From: a virus
Lineage: Duplodnaviria > Caudoviricetes
IMG/VR virus record: IMGVR_UViG_3300005805_000253
Coordinates: 1 to 34,353 of that record
Direction: 5' to 3' (one strand)
Length of the DNA: 34,353 nt
The notes beneath the pieces are model-generated. The model saw nothing but the letters and a program-made list of their open reading frames with translations. It was not told where the DNA came from and ran no database searches. Made by a program: the position numbers and the translations under genes. Below are positions 25,501-34,353 of this stretch, piece by piece (positions within the stretch are counted from its first letter, which is position 1; every line of letters begins with the position of its first letter).

Positions 25501-28500
25501 AGTGTCAACTCTAACACTGAAGTAGTAACTATAAAAATAATTGAATTTACTACTGGATCAGCTGCTCAGGTGGTAATTGATAGAGCGCAACTGGGAACAT
25601 TCGCACAAAGTCAATCGGGCACAGTTACAGCAACGAAACTAACCTTACTTCCAACAACAACTACCACTACTCTATCTGAAACATATCCTCGTTTACTAAG
25701 CTCAGTATCTTCTGAGGATTATGCTGGTGGTAACTGGTATATTTCTACAGATTCTTCAAAATCAAATACAATTCTTCAAAGAATTAGAAAATCGGATTAT
25801 GCAACAAAAGATAAGACACCAGATACATGGTTTGAAAGAATTGAAGATTCCAGAGATAAAAAGGATAGAATTTACAGACTTCGTTATGTAATTCCTAGAT
25901 ATTTAAGAGGAGTAAGAGATCCACTGAGAGGATTTGTAATTAAAGCTAGAAATGATAGCACGAGAAGATTGCTGCCACAGAAGATTTTAATTAAACCAAC
26001 TTCAAGCTCTCCTCTAATTCCAGAATTAACAATTGCTAACGCAACAGCAGCTCTTGCTTCTAGACCAGATAAACCAGGATACGAATTCTTAGGTTACACT
26101 TCTTCTGATCATGGACCAACTTTTGAAAGTCTTTATGATCCATATAATTCAGAAACAAATTCTGAAATTGACACAACACCAAAATATAGAGTAAAGATCA
26201 CAACAGACTCTAAAGTTACTTGCTATGTCCAATCAGCAAGAAAGAAAATTGTCAAAGGAAAGGAATATATTGAGTTAACGGTATTTAATATTGGCATTGA
26301 AGAGCAAGGATACAAAGAAAAAATCTTTACCACTGTAAAGATTACGCCACCTCAAGGTGGAAATGGATCTTTTGTAGCAAATACTGCTAATTTACCAGAA
26401 AATAATACTAGCAATATAATCACATGGTCTGGTGCATGTAAAGGTAAAGCTCGTGTACATGCTTACTTCTCATACGAGAATCAGTATTACATGATTCTGA
26501 AAGATATTTCTATTATCTCTACACTAAAATATGATCCATTTGAAACAGTAACATTCCAACAAGGATCTGTGTCTGCTAATCTTGATGATTATCCAGATGG
26601 AGGGAGATCTGATATTGACAACTACTTATATGTTGTTGAGGGATCTAACGTATATACTATGACCCCAGGTGATACTTTTACTGCTCCTAATGGAAATTAT
26701 ACAATTGCTTCGGTTGAAGATACTAAAGAAATCGAAAATACTTTCTATATCTTTGATATTGATGAAGTACGTAGAAGAATTTTTGGACAACAAGATGGTA
26801 TTTACTACTTAACTTGTTTGAGAGGAAATATTAGTCCATTCCCAACTGGTGCTGGTGTTGGAGAAAACTTCAGAAACTTCAAATTCTCTCAACCAGTATC
26901 CAAACTATATCCAGAATTTTATAAGAACGACCCAGAATGGTATAAGCAATTAGATCCCGAAGCAATTGATCCTCCCGCAACTATTTCTGCTGCTGATAAT
27001 TATATTCATGGTCTAGTTGCAGTTAATGATTCAAAAGCAAGCGTAACTAAAGAATGTGTAGTAGATTTTATTTCTGATCAAGGATTGCGTAATAACGCAT
27101 TTACTGGAGATAATAAAATCAAAGCACAAGATGGAGGAGCTTCTGCTGGATCTGAGTCCCGAAGAATTCCTATTTCTGGTGATTCTCCATATCCTACTGA
27201 AGGTAAATTCTACGTTGAGCTTCGTAGACCATCTATTGCTCGCTCAGGAAACCACACCTTTGAGTATCTTGGATTTGGTCCTGGTAACTACTCAACTGGT
27301 TTCCCTGCGCGTCAGGAAGTCGTGTTAACTGATGTACAAGACTTCTATGCTCAGGCAAAGAGAGAAGACGGTGGTATCGTCTTCTACACTGGTCTAAACT
27401 CTAACGGCGACCTTTATATCGGTAACAGAAAGATCAATGCTATTACTGGTGAGGAAACATTCCTTGAGTCTGCAGAATTAACTGAAAGCGAAGATCAAGC
27501 AGATACTATTGGTAATTTCGTAACTACATTTGATGATCCTGTTGTATTCAATGATATCGTATCATTCTTAGCTCCTCTGGAAAAAGGAGTTACCTTCTTC
27601 TCATCTCCTCTTTCAGTTGATGTTGGAACTGTAATCAGCTCCACTGGTCTCGATGCTCCACCAGCTATAACAATTAAGACTAATATTAATACTTCCACAG
27701 ATGATAATACACTAGCAGTTAATCCTGTTACTGGATTACTATCGGGAGATATTAAGATTGGAGAAAATAGAATTAGCACGGCAATCGTGTCATTCAATGC
27801 TAGAGGATCTCAGTCATATTCTATTAGGACTGCAAATTATCAATTTACTCCTGATCAAGCAAATACGTTTGGGACTACTAATATATCATTTGGATCAAAA
27901 TATCCACTTAAAACTGGCGATATTCTATTAAAAGGAACTCAAGTTGGTTTGACTGGATCTCTTGGTTGGATTTATGCCAACAGTTATGATACGGTTCCTT
28001 CTGAAAGACTATTGAGTATCGAAGGATTTGGATTAGGTAATAATTATATCAGAATAAATTGGAATGTTAAAGATCCTGGATTCCCTCCAAGATTCACAAA
28101 CTCTGAAATTGGAATTACTTCTGTTTTATATCAAGTTAGAATTTCTGGAATTTTTGTAACTGCTCAAAATAGTGGATTGAATAACAAAGCAAGAGGTGTT
28201 TGGACTATTAAATCAGATACCTTTAGTCCATCAAATACTTTTGTTGATCTAGTGTTATCTGACAGTATTGATGTCGGAATTTATGATATTTTAGAGGATA
28301 ATGAGCCAAGTATTTCTATTGCAGTATCTAACGTTGCTTGGAAAGAATTTGGTGTGGTTGGATCTGAAGCTATCAGAACCGAAACTGGATCTATTGGAAA
28401 TTATAAAGTAGGAATTAATACTGTAGCAAGATCTGCTCACAGTGCATATGATAATTCATTTGTTTCTGCAGAAACTACTCCTAGAGCAAACCTAGATGTA

Positions 28501-31500
28501 GTTGGCAATACATTTATTAGTGGAAGAAGTATTCCAAATTATCTAGGTCAGTCAACTATTTCTAAGTCTCAAATTTCATTGAGAGATGCTTTTGTTGTGG
28601 GTGGCAATAGTGCTGCGTTAGAAGTTCCTTCTGCTCTAAGATTATCAACAACATCGCTCACAATTCAATCTTATAATAATACAAATACTTCAACTTGTGT
28701 TATTACTACTGTAGAGCCACACGGATTAACATCTGTAAATAACACTAATTTTGCCTATGTTGAATTTACCAGTGGTTTAAATACAACTAAAACTGGCACT
28801 TACAGAATTACTGCTGTGCCAACTGCAAATAGTTTTACTATAAGTAATCAAACTAACTATCCTTTATCTGGATTGACAGTCGGTAACATTTCATATGCTA
28901 CTGGTAATGTAACATTAACTAGAGGAAATCAAACTAATTCTTATACGGTCAACAATGTTTCTGTTGGATCTGTAAATGGAAGACTTGGTGTAAATACTTC
29001 TTTACCTGTAACTTTAGATCAAATTTCTCGATCTGCGTCAGTAGTTACCATTAGAACAAAATCTCCACATGGATACTATGATGGAGAAGTGGTAAATCTG
29101 TATATTGCGAGTGGATCATATACTCAATACGGTTCCACCGCTATCACAATTTCTAACGCAACAGAATTTACATTTGATTATACTACTTCTGTAGTTGGCA
29201 CAAATTTCAGTTCTATTTCTATAGATGGTTATGTTTCAAACGAAGGAATTCTAGACAGAGAGTTTGTAGTTCGTGGTGACGGTAGATTAACTGGTAATTT
29301 AGAGGTTAAGGGCAATACGGTCATCAACGGAACTAACGTTGATACTACTAATACAACTTTAAATCTCTATAATACAACTGCTACCACAGTAAATGCTTTT
29401 GGTGATTCTCTAACTGTAAATGTTGCCAACAACACCACAACAACTGGCATACAGAATATCAATCTTGGAAATTATTCAGCAACACAAACTCTAACGATTG
29501 GGGATGCTGCTTCTACTGCAACTCTTAATATCCATAGAAATGCTAAAACATCTGTAATTGATATTGGCACTGTAGATTCTGGCACTCTTCCAGGTGGTAG
29601 TTTACATAATTCACAAATTACTGTTGGTGGTGCTTGGACAAATACTTCTGGATTCCTTCGTGTAAGAAATAGAAACACTATTTTTGATAGTGATAGTATC
29701 GAAGTTGGAGCTGGTCCTGCTTCTACTCTATCACAATTTGTTAGAATATTTACACAAGCAAATGAGTTAAGACTGTTTGATACTGGGGGCGCTTCTATAG
29801 TACAACTTTGTAGAAATGCTGGACAATTAAGTATTGCTTCTGATGGTGGTGAGACTACAATTAATAATTCACTTGTTGTAAAAGCAAGTCAAGAAACTCA
29901 AGGCGGTATCACATTAAGTGGAGGACTTAACTCTGGATCATTTACTATTTCTAGAGCATCATGGGGCACAACTGCTTCTTCCCATGTTGAGGGATCTATC
30001 ACTGCTAGAAATATTGATTTCTACAAATATACTATTATTAATAAGCGTTTAGATACTGCTGGATCTACATACTGGGGTGACGCATCATTCCAAGTTCCTG
30101 AAAGTACAACAGGAGAATATTTCTTATATTTAAATGAAATTGCAACTGCAAATGATTTCAGCATTGGTGATTATCTATTAATTGATAGAGCAAGACATGT
30201 TGCCACCCTACAGTTTGTTTCTAGATCTGGTAATGTTGTAACTGTTACTACAAGTAAAGCACATGGGTTTACAACTGGTCTTGCTGTTACAGTCGATGCA
30301 TCAAATAATACTTTTGATGCCACTAATGTTGTTATTACTGTAACTGGTGCTAACACATTTACATTCTCTCAAACTGGCACTACGGTATCTCAAACAGCAG
30401 TAACAGGAACAGCAGTGCAATCTGGTAATGAAGCAAAAAGTGAATTGGTTAAGATTACCGAAATTACTAATATTTCAAATACTACTGATCCATCTGGTCT
30501 TAGACTTAAAGTATTACGTGGTCAAGATGGCACAACATTGAGATCAGATCATCCAGATGAATGTATTTTAAGTAAGTTTGTTAAATTTGATAATGCTTCT
30601 TGGATTACTAATGATGGGGGAATTACCAGCACAGCAACTTCAATTAGCACTGCAGAATTTGGTGGTTCTATTACTACCAATGATTATTTGAGATTGGATG
30701 ATAATGAAATCGTCAAAATTGCTGCATTTATTAGCAGTGATATTCAATCACTCAGGATTACTGATGGTGGCGATCCAGCTATTACTAGATTCTTAGTTGA
30801 ATCTACTACTGGAAATGTAACACTTGCTGGTGATTTTGCAGTTGGTCAAGGAGCTGTTGCTCAACAAGGACAACCTTTAACTGGTAAATTAACTATAGAT
30901 GGTGATACTGGAAATACTAATATTGCTGGTACATTAACAGTTGAAAATACATTTACATTAAATGGAAGCACTACTGTAAATTCTCAATTCTTTAGAGTTA
31001 CTGATGGTGCTGCATCTCCAGCAATTAAATTCCAAATTGATAGTGCAAATGGAAATACCATTATAAATGGCGGCAATTTCAACGTCTATGCTTCTGATGG
31101 CACTACAAGCAAATTCTCATTAAGTAATTCTTCTGGAGATATAACAGTATCAGGAGCACTTTCTGCTTTAGGATCTGGAACTAGCACATATGGTGGTGAC
31201 ATTTTACTATCTGGTGGTGCTACTGGTGGCAATCTTGAAGTAAGATCAAATGGCATCAAGAGATTTAAAGTTTCTTCTGCTGGTAATATTGATCTAGGCG
31301 GATTAACTAATTACTTTGGATATACTGGTGCTAGAAGATGGGAATATGTCAGTTCTTCAACTTTCACTGCACAATCGAATGTGAGTTATTTTGTTGCTGC
31401 ATCAGCAAATGTATTGATTAAATTACCTTTAAATCCTGTAACTGGTGATATGATTCGTTTCGTTGATATTGGTGGAAACCTAACATATAATGTTTCTTTA

Positions 31501-31731
31501 GTAATCAGAGCTGTTACTGGAACTGCAATTCAGGGTGATTCGACCAATACTGGATCTAATGTTTTGGGTGGCACATTTGCTGCTGCTCTTTCTGGATATG
31601 ATGGTGGTGAGCTTGTAATTCAAACACCAAACGCGGGTCTTGGTTTAGTCTATGCAGGACCAACATTAAATGATGGTAGTGCATCTGGAATTCCAGGAAG
31701 TGGAGTTGGTTGGTGGTTAATGGAGATCTAA
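19513..31731 (+). CDS. Giant virion structural / fibre protein (4072 aa) with phycobiliprotein-like repeats, a CBM5/12-like module, repeated small beta domains and a gp9/gp10-like C-terminal domain
   Basis: The N-terminus 'MPLTRLDN...YLYVSPDDFNATDALDNRGNS..RPF' resembles large cyanophage structural proteins. It has a late promoter, a Thr/Ser/Gly-rich beta-strand C-terminal half, and a C-terminal 'LPLNPVTGDMIRFVDIGG...GLVY...GWWL'. Confidence 0.85.
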   Translation: MPLTRLDNLYSSKTGKYLYVSPDDFNATDALDNRGNSPLRPFVSIQRAFLEVARYSYVPNIDNDRFDQFTIMLSPGNHYIDNRPGDLDTSNIPIFNYDESSDEWNDDSIFDLSNPNNCLYRFNGRDGGATIPRGTSLVGTDLRRTQVRALYVPDPADKDVPRTALFNVTGGCYFWQFTILDANDVNGPLNGKAYNQPGSTQTVTPLFSHHKMTNFVFADKEDLGLLYRKISQAFSKYQPDIDDVYTVESGRVENTWFSTNSYAINDEVVFGGEAYKALAVNTNKRPDLEDTFWERLSTTSREFDYRIQENRIVGPLSDTVQIDIFNIDEPTPGSINVTVRTKINHGFFPGQYVAVANLGFNKALEGVFQVIAINTTNPKEFTYRVNVTANAVGLSEGIDYTADPNATVQAEVDSVESASPYVFNVSIRSTWGICGIWADGRKATGFKSMVIAQYTGVSLQKDDRAFIRYDEFSNTWNEAPLTDAFATTPYHIKGDAYWKDDWRNFHVRASDDSFIQNVSIFAVGFADHFLLESGGDMSITNSNSNFGNTSMHSKGYKGFAFNQDKGGYITDIIPPETINDSSPIKINYYALDVQLSKPSSNSNRLYLVGDKANNFLSRPAASINGYRIGARSYITDEKSEKLYVNISADTSAGESGATTKSAFISPSGFKKWSASLDTLSPANLGIGDLNQDGFPDTAEDIYFFNLRQDAANLIDANKTFIQAETFGYILEKYPYLQNIPYVNPNITAETGRYRDGSNLIKANRQEIIDYAFSMLEISFPSFVNPDEEKCKRDLGFIIDAIANDLYDGGNAAIIEATKAYFDANGQLTSNGLLGEQTESIYAFNRMRDWAKKAVSNLLENTSLLEVDTMISSGTTVTVTTLSDHNLEAGQTITVGGATQVAFNGEYQVNSSGLTATQFTYTVPVAPSISNASGAYYISTIVIDATNDDGEAGRYKDASNLVTANRQEIIDRAFGEIAIQYNEAAWGLDWVVPGDTPLGPLRRYFDSYRLIQKNRNIIVETAYKTVNDNPPSPAPANLLAKCKRDIGLFVDAISLDILEGGANVYTRKFVQQYFSANTTLLTNGLAGEVTQSIIAFNKARDAMKAAITNTLSSLTGLVTSSPVGGTWVDGSTGNKTVYNDLTLTVDPLTGSNTDPNSCGNVQSAVDTLTAIVSTTLTAVDLSTLPPETTGLTEEAGQTKCKRDIGYIVDSIAQDLFWGGNEFTVGAIVEYFANNTTLTTNGLSGEVSQSIIAFNAAKDMAKKAVTNQLYAKNLSLSYGDAEYGGGGGIITYTQSGNAATCIDVQLTIDTLFGIVTNTLTTQNLSSLPPVDNGEWDCANVRNTIDTLFSILTTSLATGNLLSLPEEDIGPWAIVSDSSKCRRDIGYIVEALTSDLRLGGNEATVRAAEAYYTGNSLDYIENERIETLDAYDYARNLAISSMRNHGTYMNNCLVSQDSSIVTVPSTNGLVIGMQVQSVAVLPDDTGSITEVITNYNDELEEINLYGRVVPKANNLTSRIPSIGAYIKKIGNGTNGLQINQIQLGVKGSKFNSGGFVYAAGGIGNNVPTNLFFSLNEGIWATSVDPSVDNTVLQDFNYTTDPFECSAVVESINTYFGIFNQIIENGLGTVDVEYSQINTGTFAQRSTLFTLTDTSNGASPSDPHHLETGTPVRLVPRAKEGSNIDKRLIRLPKGFDTNTVYYVIAPGRKTDPYDYSNTTRFNGSAGSLQNLMLATSVENAASGIFVYSSETEGVNSDVVIDLYQYVLDVDYDLNTYITRKVTGDGVLLETEEPHVFDIPTTAYNTTNYQQYQAVFFKPIGSGSLPVLTSGGNLSENREYFVRYVDKRRFKVYETLQQAVNNTTPLQFANFTSTFYTLSNKKRSPLRFAPEAGAQQSYDELKLYVEDKTLFANGDYVKVDEEFFLVTGISPSGGSDYLIVARSALGSIPTNHQTNAVVTKWAYSATGTVTTITEAVNTTETILDFADASQFAVGDYVRLTNSVNSNTEVVTIKIIEFTTGSAAQVVIDRAQLGTFAQSQSGTVTATKLTLLPTTTTTTLSETYPRLLSSVSSEDYAGGNWYISTDSSKSNTILQRIRKSDYATKDKTPDTWFERIEDSRDKKDRIYRLRYVIPRYLRGVRDPLRGFVIKARNDSTRRLLPQKILIKPTSSSPLIPELTIANATAALASRPDKPGYEFLGYTSSDHGPTFESLYDPYNSETNSEIDTTPKYRVKITTDSKVTCYVQSARKKIVKGKEYIELTVFNIGIEEQGYKEKIFTTVKITPPQGGNGSFVANTANLPENNTSNIITWSGACKGKARVHAYFSYENQYYMILKDISIISTLKYDPFETVTFQQGSVSANLDDYPDGGRSDIDNYLYVVEGSNVYTMTPGDTFTAPNGNYTIASVEDTKEIENTFYIFDIDEVRRRIFGQQDGIYYLTCLRGNISPFPTGAGVGENFRNFKFSQPVSKLYPEFYKNDPEWYKQLDPEAIDPPATISAADNYIHGLVAVNDSKASVTKECVVDFISDQGLRNNAFTGDNKIKAQDGGASAGSESRRIPISGDSPYPTEGKFYVELRRPSIARSGNHTFEYLGFGPGNYSTGFPARQEVVLTDVQDFYAQAKREDGGIVFYTGLNSNGDLYIGNRKINAITGEETFLESAELTESEDQADTIGNFVTTFDDPVVFNDIVSFLAPLEKGVTFFSSPLSVDVGTVISSTGLDAPPAITIKTNINTSTDDNTLAVNPVTGLLSGDIKIGENRISTAIVSFNARGSQSYSIRTANYQFTPDQANTFGTTNISFGSKYPLKTGDILLKGTQVGLTGSLGWIYANSYDTVPSERLLSIEGFGLGNNYIRINWNVKDPGFPPRFTNSEIGITSVLYQVRISGIFVTAQNSGLNNKARGVWTIKSDTFSPSNTFVDLVLSDSIDVGIYDILEDNEPSISIAVSNVAWKEFGVVGSEAIRTETGSIGNYKVGINTVARSAHSAYDNSFVSAETTPRANLDVVGNTFISGRSIPNYLGQSTISKSQISLRDAFVVGGNSAALEVPSALRLSTTSLTIQSYNNTNTSTCVITTVEPHGLTSVNNTNFAYVEFTSGLNTTKTGTYRITAVPTANSFTISNQTNYPLSGLTVGNISYATGNVTLTRGNQTNSYTVNNVSVGSVNGRLGVNTSLPVTLDQISRSASVVTIRTKSPHGYYDGEVVNLYIASGSYTQYGSTAITISNATEFTFDYTTSVVGTNFSSISIDGYVSNEGILDREFVVRGDGRLTGNLEVKGNTVINGTNVDTTNTTLNLYNTTATTVNAFGDSLTVNVANNTTTTGIQNINLGNYSATQTLTIGDAASTATLNIHRNAKTSVIDIGTVDSGTLPGGSLHNSQITVGGAWTNTSGFLRVRNRNTIFDSDSIEVGAGPASTLSQFVRIFTQANELRLFDTGGASIVQLCRNAGQLSIASDGGETTINNSLVVKASQETQGGITLSGGLNSGSFTISRASWGTTASSHVEGSITARNIDFYKYTIINKRLDTAGSTYWGDASFQVPESTTGEYFLYLNEIATANDFSIGDYLLIDRARHVATLQFVSRSGNVVTVTTSKAHGFTTGLAVTVDASNNTFDATNVVITVTGANTFTFSQTGTTVSQTAVTGTAVQSGNEAKSELVKITEITNISNTTDPSGLRLKVLRGQDGTTLRSDHPDECILSKFVKFDNASWITNDGGITSTATSISTAEFGGSITTNDYLRLDDNEIVKIAAFISSDIQSLRITDGGDPAITRFLVESTTGNVTLAGDFAVGQGAVAQQGQPLTGKLTIDGDTGNTNIAGTLTVENTFTLNGSTTVNSQFFRVTDGAASPAIKFQIDSANGNTIINGGNFNVYASDGTTSKFSLSNSSGDITVSGALSALGSGTSTYGGDILLSGGATGGNLEVRSNGIKRFKVSSAGNIDLGGLTNYFGYTGARRWEYVSSSTFTAQSNVSYFVAASANVLIKLPLNPVTGDMIRFVDIGGNLTYNVSLVIRAVTGTAIQGDSTNTGSNVLGGTFAAALSGYDGGELVIQTPNAGLGLVYAGPTLNDGSASGIPGSGVGWWLMEI
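21637..24372 (+). repeat. Four sets of intragenic phycobiliprotein-like protein repeats
   Basis: Four copies each of 'D...L[IV]..N', 'KC[KR]RD[IL]G....[AS]...D...GG' and 'C..V...[IV].T....'. Confidence 0.8.
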
Positions 31732-31732
31732 T

Positions 31733-32995
31733 ATGTCTTTTTACCAAGAAAACAGAACTATGAAGGCAGCAGCCGTCGGCACAATCATGCCGTGGACTGG
31801 TGATTTTGGATCTATTCCTAAAGGATGGTTGCCTTGCTCGGGACAAACAGTAAATGCAAATGATTATCCTTTATTATCTCAAGTAATTGGCACTAATTAT
31901 GGTATTTCTTTAAGTTTTGGAGGCACATTTCCAGATTACACTGGAACGATATATTTGCCAAATTTAAACGACAAACATTTGGCAAATATTGATGCTGATT
32001 ATTTTGTCGCAGGACAAACAGTAGACAATACTTTTACTGACAATGCCGAAGCATTAGCGGTTGTCCAAAATTATATCGGAGTAAATGAAAGTGAGGGAAG
32101 TCTTCCCAATCTAGTATCTGATGCTTATACTGATGTTGTTTTAAATTATACTCCAGAAAACGATTTTGTTGGATCTTTAACTGGCGCTACCGTTATTAAT
32201 GGAGAAGCAGAAAGATTGATACATATCGCACCAAGAAAATTAGGAAGAAGACATATTTTAGGACACAATCATTCTGGTAGAATTCCTACTATTTCTGGGG
32301 TATCTAATGATAGACCAGGAAAAGGAGTTATTCCTTGGTCAAACATTACTTTTGAAGTTAGAGACTATTTTTATGCTACTGGTCCAGAGTATAATTTTTC
32401 TGCTAATCCCACACCAGGGGATTTTGGAAATGGATTTGGTGGCACTTCTTTTGGAAAAATTTTGGCAAACGTGCAAACTTCGGATAACAATAATAATGTT
32501 ATTGCAAATAATGTAGCTGGTCCGAATGCACACCCAATCAGTAACTGGTTAGGTAATGATTCTGGTAAAAGTATTACAAATGCTCCATTTACTTATGATG
32601 GTAAATTAGATAGATCCGAAGCAATTCCATATGGGTTTGGTGGATCTACGGTTATTATGCCAGAGAGAAATTATGATCCTGGTGGTGTTAATAGTGGAGT
32701 AGCAGATGCTAATGCCGCTGGTAATAAAGTGCTATATAATAAAAGTTCTATTAGTTTTAATTTCAATAGTACGGATGTTTTAGGGGGAGCAAATCAATAC
32801 ATTACTCCTCATACTCATGATTCATTTGATTGTGTTTATGATCCTGGTAATTTAAAGCTTCCAAATAGAACTAACACTAATATAGTTCAGTCGAATATTA
32901 TTCCAGACAATAATGCTGGTAAGTCTGCTTTAAATTTAACCGCATTTGTACCACAACCAAATTTGGTTTGTTTATATTTAATAAGAGCATATTAA
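31733..32995 (+). CDS. Tail fibre / baseplate protein with a phage tail collar domain
   Basis: Collar motif 'VGTIMPW...IPKGWLPCSGQ...YPLLSQVIG..YG...LPNL', HxH motifs (GHNH, PHTH) and the ending 'QP.L...YLIRAY'. Confidence 0.85.
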   Translation: MSFYQENRTMKAAAVGTIMPWTGDFGSIPKGWLPCSGQTVNANDYPLLSQVIGTNYGISLSFGGTFPDYTGTIYLPNLNDKHLANIDADYFVAGQTVDNTFTDNAEALAVVQNYIGVNESEGSLPNLVSDAYTDVVLNYTPENDFVGSLTGATVINGEAERLIHIAPRKLGRRHILGHNHSGRIPTISGVSNDRPGKGVIPWSNITFEVRDYFYATGPEYNFSANPTPGDFGNGFGGTSFGKILANVQTSDNNNNVIANNVAGPNAHPISNWLGNDSGKSITNAPFTYDGKLDRSEAIPYGFGGSTVIMPERNYDPGGVNSGVADANAAGNKVLYNKSSISFNFNSTDVLGGANQYITPHTHDSFDCVYDPGNLKLPNRTNTNIVQSNIIPDNNAGKSALNLTAFVPQPNLVCLYLIRAY

Positions 32996-32998
32996 TCG

Positions 32999-33874
32999 AT
33001 GGCAAACTATTCAAGAGAAAAATCTAAATTTGGCGGAATGGTAGGCACCATTCAAATTTTAACCAGTTCGTTGTATGGATTCGGTAGTCCATTGGATGCA
33101 AAATTTAAATCTGTTATACCTGCTGGATACTTAAAATGCAATGGCGCAATTCTTCAAGCTGAAGATTATCCAGCACTTGCTGCTGTTATTGGCACGGGAC
33201 AGGATTGTAAATTTTTGAAAGATTCTAAAAGAGATATAATTGATTCTACTAGATTTCAATTGCCAGATTTGGGATCAAAAGTTATTATTGGTGGTATTGG
33301 TAGTGGATTGTATCAAAATGAATTAACTGAAAGTGGAAAATATAAAGTAGGAATTGGAGTTGAGGCAACTTCAAATGTTGGAAATGAATTGTCTGTAAAT
33401 TATAGCGGCAATTTTACTGTTCCAGCAGTCAGTGCATTACCTCTTTTGGGAAATAGCAAATATACTATAGTTAGAAATACAGAAACGTTTGAATTAAATG
33501 AAGAAAATTTTCAAGGTCATGGACATGCTGGTAATCAATCGGTATTAAATTATACTGGACCTCACGCATCTGCTCAGTCTGGCAATACTAAAAATAGTGC
33601 TACTGATGAATCTGGGGGAGATGGTGCTAACTCATCTGGACAAAATATTCTAGAGGAAGTATCGGAAAATAATGCTCCAGCAGCTGGATCTGGTCACACT
33701 CACAGGATTATTAGACCCACCGAATATTCTAGTAATTTTACATACGGATATAATACTTTCAATATTCCAGCAGAAAATATTGTTACTACTGTTGCATTAA
33801 AAGCAAATGAAATAGAAAAAATGGATGAAGCTGTGCAACCGTTTATGTTAGTAGAATATATTATTAAATTTTAA
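32999..33874 (+). CDS. Tail fibre / baseplate protein with a phage tail collar domain
   Basis: Collar motif 'PAGYLKCNGA....DYPALAAVIG...FQLPDL', HxH motifs (GHGH, GHTH) and the ending 'QPFMLVEYIIKF'. Confidence 0.85.
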   Translation: MANYSREKSKFGGMVGTIQILTSSLYGFGSPLDAKFKSVIPAGYLKCNGAILQAEDYPALAAVIGTGQDCKFLKDSKRDIIDSTRFQLPDLGSKVIIGGIGSGLYQNELTESGKYKVGIGVEATSNVGNELSVNYSGNFTVPAVSALPLLGNSKYTIVRNTETFELNEENFQGHGHAGNQSVLNYTGPHASAQSGNTKNSATDESGGDGANSSGQNILEEVSENNAPAAGSGHTHRIIRPTEYSSNFTYGYNTFNIPAENIVTTVALKANEIEKMDEAVQPFMLVEYIIKF

Positions 33875-33876
33875 TC

Positions 33877-34353
33877 ATGCCAACACTTACACAAACATCT
33901 AACGGATCTTTAACTTTACCGTCTAGGACTAGAGTAGCTGAAGTTTTTTTATGGGGTGCTGGTGGTGGATCTGGTGGCGGCGATATACAGATTGGTGGAT
34001 CTGGTGGTGATGGTGCAAAAGTAACTGCATATATACAAAATCTTAGTCCAACTTATGGTGCGACTCTTTCTTGGTATATAGGAACTCAGGGTATTGGTGG
34101 ATTAACCAGTGCTGATGGAGTCGGCGGCGGCGCTGGTGGCAATGCCAATGGATCTGGGGCTAATGGTGGTAGAGGAGGTAATGCTGGTGGTTCTGGCCGA
34201 TCTGGTGGCGGAGGGGGCGGCGGTGCTGCGTCGGCACTTTATTTTGGAGGTACATATCTTTTAATGGCGGGCGGTGGTGGTGGCGGTGCTGGTGGCACTA
34301 GAGCTACTGGAAGCACTGCTCCTGCTGGACAAGATGGACCTACTGGACCTACT
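33877..34353 (+). CDS. Glycine-rich tail/fibre protein, 3'-truncated by the window edge
   Basis: ATG at 33877 and open to the window end: MPTLTQTSNGSLTLPSRTRVAEVFLWGAGGGSGGG...GGGGGGGAASAL...AGGGGGGAGG. It is absent from the ORF track because no stop is reached. Confidence 0.8.
   Translation, partial: MPTLTQTSNGSLTLPSRTRVAEVFLWGAGGGSGGGDIQIGGSGGDGAKVTAYIQNLSPTYGATLSWYIGTQGIGGLTSADGVGGGAGGNANGSGANGGRGGNAGGSGRSGGGGGGGAASALYFGGTYLLMAGGGGGGAGGTRATGSTAPAGQDGPTGPT

Noticed and set aside
1-34353. CRISPR array, diversity-generating retroelement or invertible fibre cassette
   Set aside because: I saw no regularly spaced DNA repeats, reverse transcriptase, invertase or near-identical template/variable repeat pair. 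A computed self-alignment would be needed to exclude subtle repeats.

Overview
This window comes from an AT-rich T4-like cyanophage (cyanomyovirus). It holds the replication gene gp32, then the baseplate/tail module: gp53, gp48, gp2, gp4, a gp54-like gene, gp26, gp51, three paralogous tape-measure-like proteins (two with peptidoglycan-hydrolase domains), a hub protein, cp12 and a split gp5. Next comes an island with four tRNAs, an HNH endonuclease and the bilin lyase cpeT, followed by a 4072-aa giant virion protein, two collar-domain fibre proteins and a truncated glycine-rich gene. The top finding is in the giant protein. It has four sets of phycobiliprotein-like motifs, each keeping a 'KCxRD' Cys84-type site and a beta-Cys153/155-type site, and the sets appear to be nested inside one another. 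The gene lies directly downstream of a T-type bilin lyase, which suggests the phage may attach bilin pigments to its own virion protein. The second finding is a T TTT TTC slippery site that would fuse gp26 to gp51 by a -1 frameshift, like the lambda G/GT tail chaperones. All assignments come from reading motifs by eye; no searches were run.
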